Shown here in pieces: positions 1-12,260 of a stretch of DNA of 64,000 nucleotides. Both the position numbers and the translations under genes were made by a program. Each line of letters begins with the position of its first letter. Position 1 is the first letter of the stretch. Source of the stretch: the human T2T-CHM13v2.0 reference genome, Homo sapiens; NCBI RefSeq assembly GCF_009914755.1, contig NC_060932.1; one strand, 5' to 3'. The notes beneath the pieces were generated by a model, which was not told the DNA's origin, searched no databases, and worked only from the letters and a program-made list of their open reading frames with translations.

Positions 1-92
1 CAGGCTGGTCATGAACTCCTGACCTCAAGTGATCCACCCACCTTGGCCTCCCAAAGTGCTGGGATTACAGCCTTGAGCCACCGTGCCCGGCC
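1..92 (-). mobile_element. AluS, 5' part of left arm (cut by window edge)
   Basis: Reverse complement of the Alu start: ...gcctcccaaagtgctgggattaca...gagccaccgtgcccggcc. Confidence 0.95.
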
Positions 93-119
93 AACTTGAA
101 GAATTTTATATTTATGAAG

Positions 120-509
120 TGTTGTAGTCTGTGCCTGCCGCTATAATAAAATATCCAAGAATGGTAATTTATAAAAGACAGAAATTTATTTCTTCTAGTT
201 CTGGGAGCTGGGAACTTTAAGATCAAGCTGCCAGCTGGTTTGGTGTCTGCTGAGATTCTGGTCTCTGCTTCCAGGAAGGCCTCTTGCTGCTGAACCCTCA
301 CAAGAGGAAAACCTCTGGCAGAAGACGGAAAGGCAAAAAAGTCTACCTATGTCTCTCCAGGTATTTTATCAAGTCACGAATCCTATATATGAGTGAGGAG
401 CCCTTGTGGCCTAATTGCCTCCTTAAAAGCTCACCTCTTAATACTCTAACATTGGGGATTAAGTCTCAACATTAATTTTAGAAGGGACAAAAATATTCAA
501 AGTATAGCA
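120..509 (-). mobile_element. MaLR solo LTR (MLT1A/MST-like)
   Basis: TG...CA ends; typical MaLR segments gaaatttatttct...gttctggga and cacctcttaatac...ggattaag. Confidence 0.85.
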
Positions 510-510
510 T

Positions 511-795
511 TGAAGGAAATCAAATTTGTAATTACAAAACTTCCCTAAAGAAGCTTTCCTACCTCTATGCTTTCACTGGAGTAGTCTACCAAACATTTAT
601 GAAAAATTACACCAATTTTACAGTCTCTGATTTAAATAAAATAGAATAGAATAATTTTCAATTCTTTCTGTGAAGCTGTTGTTATCTTATACAAAGACCA
701 AATGAATCTAATACAAAACTCTAAAATATGTAATTCAAAAAATAGACCAGTAGTCTTCATATAGACAGTCACAAAAATTTATAACAAAATATTAA
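511..795 (+). mobile_element. Old L1M ORF2 fragment
   Basis: Degenerate resemblance to L1 ORF2 (caccaattttac, ttctgtgaagc, atagaccagt, aacaaaatatta). Confidence 0.55.
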
Positions 796-1099
796 CATTT
801 ATTTTTATAATAGTTTTCACAAATTTGTTGCCCAGATCTCATGATCATTTATTAATTTATTTAATACAGATTTATTGATTATTTACTATATAAGCAATTT
901 TCATGATTGGCTAATGGGGTAAATAAAGTGATATGGGTTCAACAGTTTGTATCTTTAGGGTCAGAGCTGTTCCATCACACAAAGAGTTGGAATCCGATTC
1001 AAAGCTAAAAAAAGTGATCAAAAGCCTTTTTACAGGTTGAGAACCAAATGAGAAATTCCTTTTTGTCTGGTAGATAAGTGACTTTTAAAATAGGTTAAC

Positions 1100-1620
1100 A
1101 TTAGTATTTTGGTTATCTATTTATGTACAACCCACTACCTCAAAATGTATTGATATAAACAACAATTGTATTATGCCTCATACTTTCTATGGGCCACAAG
1201 TTCAGAGAAGGTACAGCAAGTATGGCTTATATCTGCCCCATGATATCTGGAATTTAATATGAGAAAGCTCAAAAGCTGTGAGCTTGAGTTATCTGAAGCT
1301 ATTCTCGCTCACATGTTTGGCAGTTGATTCTGGTTGTCAGCACAGCGGTCCACTGCGCTGTTGGCTGGAACCCCTATTTTTGGCCTCTCCATGTTATCTA
1401 TCATATAGGCTAGTTTGGGATTCCTCACAATATGGAGGCTGGATTCTTAGACTGAGCATTCCTAGAAGCCTGGGCTTAAAAAATAGAACGATATTGGTTC
1501 TACCGTATTCCGTTGGTAAATCAGTCACAGAGCCCAGATTCAAGGGGAGGAGAACCATAAACCATGAGGTTAGGGAAGATTGTCAAGGAATTTTGAGGCC
1601 ACATTTTAAAATAGCTAGTC
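1100..1620 (-). mobile_element. Old MaLR LTR (MLT1F-K group)
   Basis: gttatctatt...actacctcaaaa start, gctcacatgtttggcagttga, agtcacagagcccagattcaaggg. Confidence 0.7.
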
Positions 1621-1820
1621 ATCCCTCTGGGATCAGATGAGTCCTCCCAAATGCAAAATAAACTTCCTTTCTACCAGGAACCTGAAAACTCCCATTTCAT
1701 TAGCCTCATCAGGTTTAGTCTTAAGGTGAAATCTCATTCTATAAATCTAGTCCAGGAAAATATGAAGCTCCTCAAGTACTTATTGTCAAAGGATTTTAGA
1801 GCAACATTAAAGTCACAACA

Positions 1821-2118
1821 GGCCGGGCGCAGCGGCTCAGGTCTGTAACCCCAGCACTTTGGGAGGCCCAGGCCGGAGGATCACTTGAGGTCAGGAGTTC
1901 GAGACCAGCCTCGCCAACATGGTGAAACCCCGTCTCTACTAAAACTACAAAAATTAGCCAGGCATGGTGGCGGATGCCTGTAATCCCAGCTACTCAGTAG
2001 GCTGAGGCAGGAGAATTGCTTGAACTCAGGAGGCAGAGGTTGCAGTGAGTTGAGATTGCCACTGCACTCCAGCTTGAACAAGAGCAAGACTCTGTCTCAC
2101 AAAAAAAAAAAAAAAAAC
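1821..2118 (+). mobile_element. Full-length AluS
   Basis: Dimeric Alu with A-tail; approximate TSD aaagtcacaaca / aaaccacaaca. Confidence 0.97.
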
Positions 2119-2859
2119 CACAACAGTGACCACATCAAGTAAGAAACACGGTGTTTTAAGATGAGAAACTTCATGTAAGATTGAAATAATTTGGACATTG
2201 TGTGAATTATTATCCGTATGGGTAAATTTGTTTCCTCTGTTGGTACACCATATCTACTCCATGGTTTTCCAAATGATAAGTGACAACCATGATTGGTCTT
2301 GCACTTACAAAGATGACCTGGATAATTTGAGTATGGGATGTAGGACTTGCACTACTTGTCAAGTCCAAATAAACCCATCCCAGATTCTTAGGAAGTGATA
2401 GTCTCTCATATTGAGTTCTGAGATTCACGGGTCATCATGCATGTTGATTTATTGTGTGCTAGTTTACATCTGTTGTCCTAATATAATCATTAATAATAGT
2501 CCTTATCTTTTGTAAAAGTCCAGTTTGGATGATAAATGCTATGGTTATTTCATTGAGTAAAATCCCACGAAGCATATTTTAAGAAATTGGCAGCTGTCAC
2601 TTCCTTTTGTTTCTCAAAGGGAGTGCAAGACTCTTAAGGACAGAGGCAATACCTAATCCTTCCGGCTTTTCTCAAATATCTCTACTCTTTTGACATTAAG
2701 TATTATATTATTTAATAAGTTTAAGGAAAACATTGAGTCTCCTTGTCCATAAGTATCTTGAAGCCAGGGGTTGTATCTTAGCAATTTCTGTACACACAGC
2801 ACCTGTCATCGTGCTCATCTGAGTCAAAAACTAATAAACGGTTGTTCAGTGAATGAATT

Positions 2860-3268
2860 TCCCTTCTTTCTCTTTCAAGAGTACAATTAAATCTTGAGAA
2901 ATAAACTACTGTGCTATGTGTAGCCATTGGATCAGGTACTGAATGTGCCTCTTTGGACCAGAACATTCACAGCCAGCCATAACAAGATCTATTTAAGGAA
3001 GAGACATAATCTCCCTGAGCAATTTGAATCCAGCTTTTTATCACTTCACAGCAGAGCAGCATTTGCCTGAGATTTTCTTTTTAATGATTTATTAATGCAG
3101 TTGTCATCTGACAGTTTGAGTATTTTAATTTTGCTTGATCTTAAAGCTACTTTTGACACTGTTGATTATAACATCCTCCTGGATCACTTTGAATATTATG
3201 TCAGCTTAGCTGAATCAACTTTAAGTGGGTTTCACTCGTGTTTGCTCAAGAGCAATCACCCTTCCTGA
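2860..3268 (+). mobile_element. Ancient L2-clade LINE reverse-transcriptase fossil
   Basis: Frame from 2990 reads YLRKRHNLPEQFESSFLSLHSRAAFA*DFLFNDLLMQLSSDSLSILILLDLKATFDTVDYNILLDHFEYYVSLAESTLSGFHSCL, matching non-LTR RT motifs (FQSGFR..HS; NDLL; ILLDLSAAFDTVDH.ILL). The upstream 2860-2990 part is a weaker match. Confidence 0.8.
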
Positions 3269-5219
3269 TGAGAAGGTGATTTCCTTCTTTCCTTCTCCTG
3301 CGCTGACATACCATGTGGACCCTCGTTTGAGAGACCTGCATTCATGCATGTCTCCACGCAGTTTCTCCAGACAAGGCTGTAGTCCTCTGAAGTAGAAGAA
3401 AAGTGGAAGGTAAGAATCTTTGACATCAGCCTTCAGGCATTCAAATCTGCCTCCACGTGACAAGTCAGTTTATCACTCAGCTTCTTGGGTTCCAGCTCTC
3501 TAAGTGGAGATAATTATATCTACCTCACACTGTTTTTGGGAGGATTTTCAGAATGTCTAGGACATCATGCTAGCCCTTACTTGAGGCCATGCTCCTGGAA
3601 CGACATTTAATGAGAAGCCCTTGTGAAAACATGTTATCTGCTGGTTCAGCATCAAGGTAGCAGTGTCCGTGCAGCCGGGACAAAAATTAAGTTACTCCAG
3701 ACTTTAGAATCTTCACACATTTTATTTTATTCTAATAGCAATTTTTAGAAAATATTTTATTCAAAGATGTCTACCTCTTACGCTGTATTATAAATTCCTA
3801 AGAGGTAGAGACCTCTCAACTTTTTAGCTTTGAATTTCCTTATAACTTAAGTCACCATATAATTTATGATCCAAAGCAGGAAACATTTGTAAAGAAAAGG
3901 GGGTGATAGTAATAATTATTCCAGTACGATAAGTCAAAAACAAAGACTGTCCTAACCAAACTGACATCATTACCCTAAGTATAAGCCCTTGCACGAACAT
4001 ATTCACCTAGGAAACCATTAATAAATTGTTAACAAATGAAAAATTTGTAGGTCAACTCATCACAAATCAAAAGTAACATTTTCAGATTCGGAATATTATA
4101 CCACTGGGTTATTTCTAAACTTGCAGTCCCTATATACATGTCTGGCATAAAAAAATCTGTCTTCCAAAATAGACATACCAGTATCTCTTTGGATTTTTTC
4201 CTCCCTCAAGATTCACATCCTCAGTGCTGCCAAATTTGTTTGACCTTCTGCCTTAAATCCCTTAAAATCTGCTTCCTTTCTATCTTCCTCATAGATGTTG
4301 CCTTCCAGCAATTCTAACTATGAATATTATAAAAGTTTCCAAAACGCTCTTTTCCCTTGTCCAAAACAAATGCATATTATTTCATTAATTTAAAATAATT
4401 AATCAAAATTATTAATTTAATTTAAAATAATTAAATTATTCCAGATTTTTTTACAGTTCTACATTTTAAAAATTTTAATATTGCCCCATTGATATTTATT
4501 ATAACACTTTATCCCAAAACCATGAGAGTTGCCAGTCTGGCCTTGATATACAATTGAATCCCCACACCCTGTTTCCTACTCCTTAGGCAGTGTTACCGAT
4601 CCTCCTAGATCTCATGTTTCCCTGAATTTTTTTTTATGCCATCACAATCCCTTTTTGCTTTCTTCCTAGAACCACATTTCTATTTTCTTTACTTGAAGAA
4701 TTTCTAATTTTTCTTTCAACTACAATTCATTGGGTGCCTACTCTATGAAAACATTCCACCCCCCTTAGGAAGAAGTGGGAATCACTTTCTTTAAGATTTC
4801 AAAACCCTTCCTATCTCTAAGAACAGGGTGATTACCTTAAATGCTCTTATCTGCACTGGAGTGTGATCCTTATGGACAACAAGTCTATCTTCTTAACCTC
4901 TCTATTTTCTGATTCTTGAAAACATCTTGCAGGTTTTGAATATCTGGGCATTACGAAGAAGAAAATAAAAAAAAAACAAAACAAAAGATTGTACAGTTTC
5001 ATAGTTTCTGTGCACCTTTTCAACAGTCTCATACTCAGCACAGTTAATGCTGCTTCTGCTGATGGCGATAGAAAGGTCCTATTATGTTATTATTATTGTT
5101 GTTTTCATTGACATCAACATGAGCAAACTCCATTTTTGGATCACCAATTGTGGTCCAAACACTATGCTAATAGATATTTGTTGAGTACCTCTGTTTACCT
5201 ATATCTCCTATAGGTGGGA

Positions 5220-5420
5220 TGATGATAGTAACAATTATAATAATACAATTTATAAATAATTTACTGTGATAGGCACTGTTGTCAGTTAAGCAGTTTATAA
5301 TAAATTGATTTTCTTTATAGAGAAGAGAAATAGTGTAAATAAATTACCCAGAGCCACACAATGATTAAGAGGTGAAATTAGGAATTAATCCTGGAAAGTC
5401 TGACTCCGGTGTCTACATTC
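5220..5420 (-). mobile_element. MIR fragment
   Basis: aaattacccagagccacaca...gtctgactcc, MIR core in reverse. Confidence 0.65.
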
Positions 5421-5439
5421 TTAAAAGCTCTGTTATCCT

Positions 5440-6060
5440 GGAACAGGCCAGACAAAGCCCCTTTTCACATAAAGCTGACATTCACGTAAAGGAAAAAGAA
5501 ATAGATCATGAACAAATAAGTACGTAATAAAACATACTTTCCAGAAAAATCAATAATTCAGAACGGGAAGTTATTTGCAAAGAATAATTCAAGGAGATAG
5601 AAGAGAGGGTGATGTGCAGCAAAGGCTGGGTATATGAGTCATAGAGGAAGTGAGACCTGAAAGAGTCAACCAGGTGGACTGCCTTCCTGCTGGAGGAACT
5701 GCAGGCAGCCATATGTCTGGGCATTAGTATGAGATGCTTAAGGACCAGGAGGAAAACCTGTGTGCCTCAGACACATTGAGCAGGGTGGGGAGTCGTAGAA
5801 ACAGGCTGGGGCAGAGGCAAGAGGAAGGAGCCTTGGCCTGGTGCGTGTTTGTCTTTCATTGCCAATGCAATGGAAAGACAAGGCAGGGCTTAAAGACAAA
5901 TATAAAGTAACATCATTAATATTTTTAAAACACTGTTGTGTGGAGAATGGATTTCTGGGTGAAGACTAGAACCCAAAAAGCCAGTTGGGACTCCACTGTG
6001 AAGCCCGGCATTAGGAAGACAATGATTTGAACGACTTGTAGCAGTGTTGCTGAATATAAG
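5440..6060 (-). mobile_element. L2 fragment
   Basis: Purine-rich reverse L2 3' region (gaggaagtga..ctgaa, tgcaatggaaag, gaatggatt, ccagttggga). Confidence 0.7.
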
Positions 6061-6084
6061 TATATGGACAATACTTACAGCTTC

Positions 6085-6272
6085 ACATCTTGTGCTCATC
6101 ATAACTTTGTGAGGCAGCTTCATTTTGCCCATTTTAAAGATAAGCAAACTGGGGCTCAAAGTGATTTAGCATTTTAACCAAAAGAAATTGCCACCCAATG
6201 TCCTGTTACACAAGCTGAGTAGGGACTTTAACCCAGATCTGTCCGGTTCCAAAGCCCATGCCTTTGACTCTC
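6085..6272 (-). mobile_element. MIR
   Basis: cccattttaaagataagcaaactggggctca...aacccagatctgtc...ttccaaagccc. Confidence 0.8.
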
Positions 6273-7779
6273 CAATGTTTCTGGGAGAAGACAAGAATCT
6301 CCCAGGACTCAGAGGACACTGAGGCTGCTATGGCTCGTGATAGCACTGGCAATGGAAACCAGGGGTGCAAAGTAGTGTCTAAAGAATGTTTTAAAAAACT
6401 ATGTACAGCTCAAGAAATCCCTCGTGAAGGAAGCACTGTTCATGTGGGCAGCCATCATAGGTTGGCTTTGGTTGTCATGATGATAATCTGACCATGCTTG
6501 ATGTGGTGGCTTCCTGTGCCTGGACTCACTGGGAACTGCAATGACCTCAATGATGGCAGATACAGGGGGTGTTTCATGGCCTGGACAAGCAGGTAAAAAT
6601 CCAGCCTTCAGACCAGGATGAAACTAGAAAGTGGAATATTAAAGAGGAAGATGATATCATAAACTATCATCAGGGAAAAAGAGGGACTTGGAATAATTTT
6701 TGTGACACAGATTAATGGGTTCAATGGGTGATCAGGAAACTCAGTGTTGAAGTTCAGCTCCTAAATTCCAGGTCTGAAACCACCACCGAATATCTGCAAT
6801 GATGTCTTATAGGAAGGAATATGTGGAGGGTAATGTGGAAGCACACAGAAAGATAGATTAAACTTGAGGGTTTAACAGCAACAAAAACATTACGCCAAGT
6901 TGTAATATTAGTTAATGAGCAGGTGTTAAAGTGAGGGAATGGGCAGTTTCCCTTTTCCAAAGCTTATGTCATGTCATATATATGATCTCAATTGCATTTC
7001 TTGAGAGGCATGCACCTTGATTATTCCTGTTCTATGGAAAAGGAAACTGAAGTGTAGATAAGTATTTCACCCAAAATCACCCCTGGGGAGTTGAACTCCC
7101 ACCTGCGGAACCTTGCAGCCTATATCTTTCACCCTCTGCAAGCAACTCTGATGGGGCTGAAATCTAGAGAAAAAAAAGAATCATTCCTAAAGAGGCAACA
7201 CTGCAGGTCATGGCAGAAGACAAACTCTACTAGGTGTTTTCAGGCTCACATAGAAATTTTGCCTTCTGTCCACTGACAAATTTTGAACTAAGTCCCATAA
7301 TGTTTTGTTTGGAACTATGTTTTGTTTGTCTGTTTTCCCAGCTTTCTTCAGGATTGGCTCAGAAACTGAAATAACACCTAGATGAGACTGCACAAGTAGT
7401 TTTACATTCAGAGTGCTGGAAAAGGGGCAAGAATCAGGACGAGACTATAGAGTTCCCTGATCTTTAATTGACGCTGAATTAGTAGATAATTTGGTCAGTA
7501 TTTAATTTGGTGGCAGCCTTTATTCTTATTCTCAGGATTTATGGAAACTGAACATATTTTTCTCTCTTTGAACCTTATTTAGTTATCTGTAAAATAAGGC
7601 TGAAGAAATACATGATAGCTCATTTCACTTTAAATTACTAATTCTTTTATATAACAAAAGCAAAGCATCACTAATTTGAAACCCAATGATTTCATAAGAA
7701 GATAAGGAAAGTATACTACGATTTAATTTTGAAAAACCATATGCAACTATAATTAATAGCATAAAACATGTCTTCAGAT

Positions 7780-9030
<1,251 letters not shown>

Positions 9031-10789
9031 TCTTTTATCAATAAAGAAGTTCCACGAAATGTATTGAAGACATATAATTTGTTAGTTCAAGTTGCAATAT
9101 GCACATGAATACTGTTGGGACAAATAATGTATCACCAATTATTTCATTCAAAATTTCTACAATCCTAACAGATGTTCTCTCCAGTTATATGTTAATGGAT
9201 GAGATAATGCTGTGCTTTGTATAGTTGCCTCATGGGAAGCCATTGTATTGATAAAGTCAATTATGTCACAATGAATAATGGATACCAACATTATTGCCTG
9301 TAGAAAGAAAGAATTTAGGTTTTGGTTAGTTTTGAAATTTTTTAAATGCCATAATATTTATGATAGCCAATAATTTAACAAACATATGACAAGTTTTCCA
9401 ACTATCATTATCACTCTCTTACTGATTTTACTGTATACAAAGTGGTAGTCTAAACTCCTGAAATTTGAAAATTCCTCGTTATAAAAACTACTGCCTGGAA
9501 TCCATTGCAGTTCTCTCATATTTTCATTTTATCCTTTATATTATTTTAAGACATCAAGTCAATCAATGTCAACAGATTGAAAAAGATGCTGCTTAATTTC
9601 ATGAGCAATCACAACATTTTTATCTATGCAAAATGAGATAATAAGAATAATTAAGTCTTATGCCTGAGGCTCAAAGCAATTCTCTGTGAGTGGCAGGAAG
9701 GATATTCTCCCATCCTTTATCTCCACCTGGATATATGGATGCAATACAGATTGTTCGCAGCACTTCAAGGAAGACGGGAACTCAAACCTCATTCTATTAT
9801 AAAACAAGCATATGGATATCAATGGTCAATTTAAAATGTTTTTGGCATATTTTATAACTTTTTGTAAGATGTTCTCTTTTCACTTTAATACCAGAGGGAT
9901 GAACAAAATTAATGCACATTTCTCTGTTAAATACTTTATGAATGCTTTAATCCCCACAACTTTATGTACTTACCACTGTCATCTCTGTTACTCAGATGAA
10001 GAAATGATGCTCTGAGAAGTGACGTAAGTCCCACTCTCCCTTTTTTAAAAAGTTGCAAGTAGGGTATATACTAACCTTCCCATGTAGAAGTTCTTTCTCA
10101 ATGTTCAAATATATATTTGATCAGCTGCAAGAAGGACTGGCTCAGATAGAACTGAACGTCTCGCACAGGTATTTGGGGACATAAAATTGGGATATATCAA
10201 GCTTGTGGTTTCATTCTTTTAACACATTATTGACTTAGAAACCACATAGCAGGCACCGTGCTGAGTGAACAAGTTAGGTCAGTTCTTTATTCTCAAAAGG
10301 AAGACAGCATAGTGGACAATATATGTGTGGTCTGATGCCTGCTGGCATGGAGGGAAGCTGCTAGGAAAGCACATATAGCACACCTAACAGTGTCTGAAGG
10401 GGACGGTTACAGGGCTGGAAATGTGGGTTACTTAACAAAAGGTCAAAGGTAATCGGAAAGAGACATCTTAGAGGAAAGGCAAAATTGATGTGGCAAACTT
10501 CACAGGTCACCGATTAAGGAGCTTGAAGCAGGGGAGGGTCAAGATATGAATACGATGTGTTTGGAACCAAGGAAACTGGGGAATGAGAGGCGGGATAGGA
10601 ATCGAAAGCAGGGAGAGAGTAGCAAAGGGATTATTTGGAGAGATATAAATCTAGGGTCCTGAATAAGTTTTCGATAACATGGTGGTGCAGGCTTTTCACA
10701 TGTAGCCTTGTATCTTTAATAGACTGAGGTGAGGGGTACAACAAAGGGTGCCGGGGGAAATATAAGAGTAAAATTCTCTGAAACTAGTG

Positions 10790-11240
10790 ACGTAAAGTGA
10801 AATCACCATTTTTGTTTTTATGGTACAAATCCATAATAGTAAAACGGTGGTTACACCATTTATTGAACACTTACTATTTGCCAGTTTCTTCTACCCATAT
10901 TTTATGATTTAATTGCTCACAAGAAATCTCTTCTGAAAATACTGTTATCCCAGTCCAAGGATAAGGAGACTTAAAAAGTCTAGAAGATTTGGCTAAAGTC
11001 ATGGAGATAGTAAGTGAAAGATCCAGCATTAAAATATTTGTCTAACATTAATTTATTCAATAACATTCTTGTGAAACCAACTGACTGAGCTTTATAAGCA
11101 TATTCTTTAGTACTCCCAGCAAAATTTTGAGGGGTAATTATTTCATCTTGTAGATAAGGAAACTGAGGCTTAGACTTTTCAGAATATTTTTCTAAACTGC
11201 AAATGTAGGAAGTGATAGAATCAACATTCAGTCTGAATTA
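10790..11240 (-). mobile_element. Two adjacent MIR fragments
   Basis: catttattgaacacttacta...; ttgtagataaggaaactgaggcttaga. Confidence 0.7.
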
Positions 11241-11277
11241 ATTCAGAGAGCATTTGAGTGTACTACAGACAGTTGCC

Positions 11278-11679
11278 TATTGCATGTTCTCACTCACATG
11301 TAGAAGCTAAAAAATGTTGATCTCATAGAAGAAAACAGTAGAACAGAGGATACTGAGGCTGAAAAGTGTAGGGGGAAGAAAGGGATAGGGAGAGATTTGT
11401 TTAAGGATTCAAAATTGCAGCTAGATAGGAAAAATAAGTTCTAGTCTTCTATAGCACTGTAGAATGACTATAATTAACAATAATGTATTACATAGTTTCA
11501 AATAGCTACAAGAAAGATATTAAATGTTTCCAATACAAAGAAATAATAAATGTTTGCGATGATGTGTATGCTAATTACCCTGATTTCATCACTACACATT
11601 ATATGTATGGCAACATCACTACACAAATGGCAAATATGCATGATTTTTAAGTGCCCATTTTAAAAAATTAAAAAAAAAA
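11278..11679 (+). mobile_element. L1MA-type 3' end with A-rich tail
   Basis: tattgcatgttctcactcacatgt...gctagatagg..aataagttctagt...caaagaaataataaatgtttg. Confidence 0.9.
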
Positions 11680-11899
11680 TCAGAATCAAAACCAGGAACC
11701 TTGTCTTGAACAAAGTAAGACCCCAATCCATATCCGTTGAATTGCAGTTGAATACATATATCTGTTGTTTTAAAGGTATTATACTTTCCACAAATAAAAT
11801 TATTTTTAGGTAAAATTTACAAAAAGGAATGATGGACAGGAACAAAGCAGACATGTTTGGTCTTTTAGATCCAACAGACCAGTTTGAGGAGAGAAATAG

Positions 11900-12260
11900 T
11901 GAAAAGATCAAAACGGTCCAAGAGATGAGATCGCAGAGATCCTTGAGCCCATTTTTAAAGATTTTGGATTTTATTCTTAAATGCAATGAACAAAACAGTG
12001 CCTCATTTCAAGCAGAGGAATAACATGGTATGACTCATATTTTCAGAAGACCCTCCTGGCTATGAAGGAAGAATGGACAATAAAAGACCATGTAGAAGGT
12101 TTTGAATGGAAAGCAGGCATAGGATATTACCAGGTTGGACCTGAATAGTAGCGGTGAAGACTGAAATGGCATAACAGTATTAGCAGTAGAATTTCTAGAA
12201 CTCAGTGGATTTCAAATATACAGAATGCAGAGGAGTAAGGTCTCTATGATGATTCCAAAC
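11900..12260 (-). mobile_element. L2 fragment
   Basis: ttggattttattcttaaatgcaatg...aagcagaggaataacatg. Confidence 0.6.

Noticed and set aside
4384-4440. AT-rich quasi-palindrome with duplicated ttaatttaaaataattaa
   Set aside because: Low-complexity sequence where such symmetry is expected by chance
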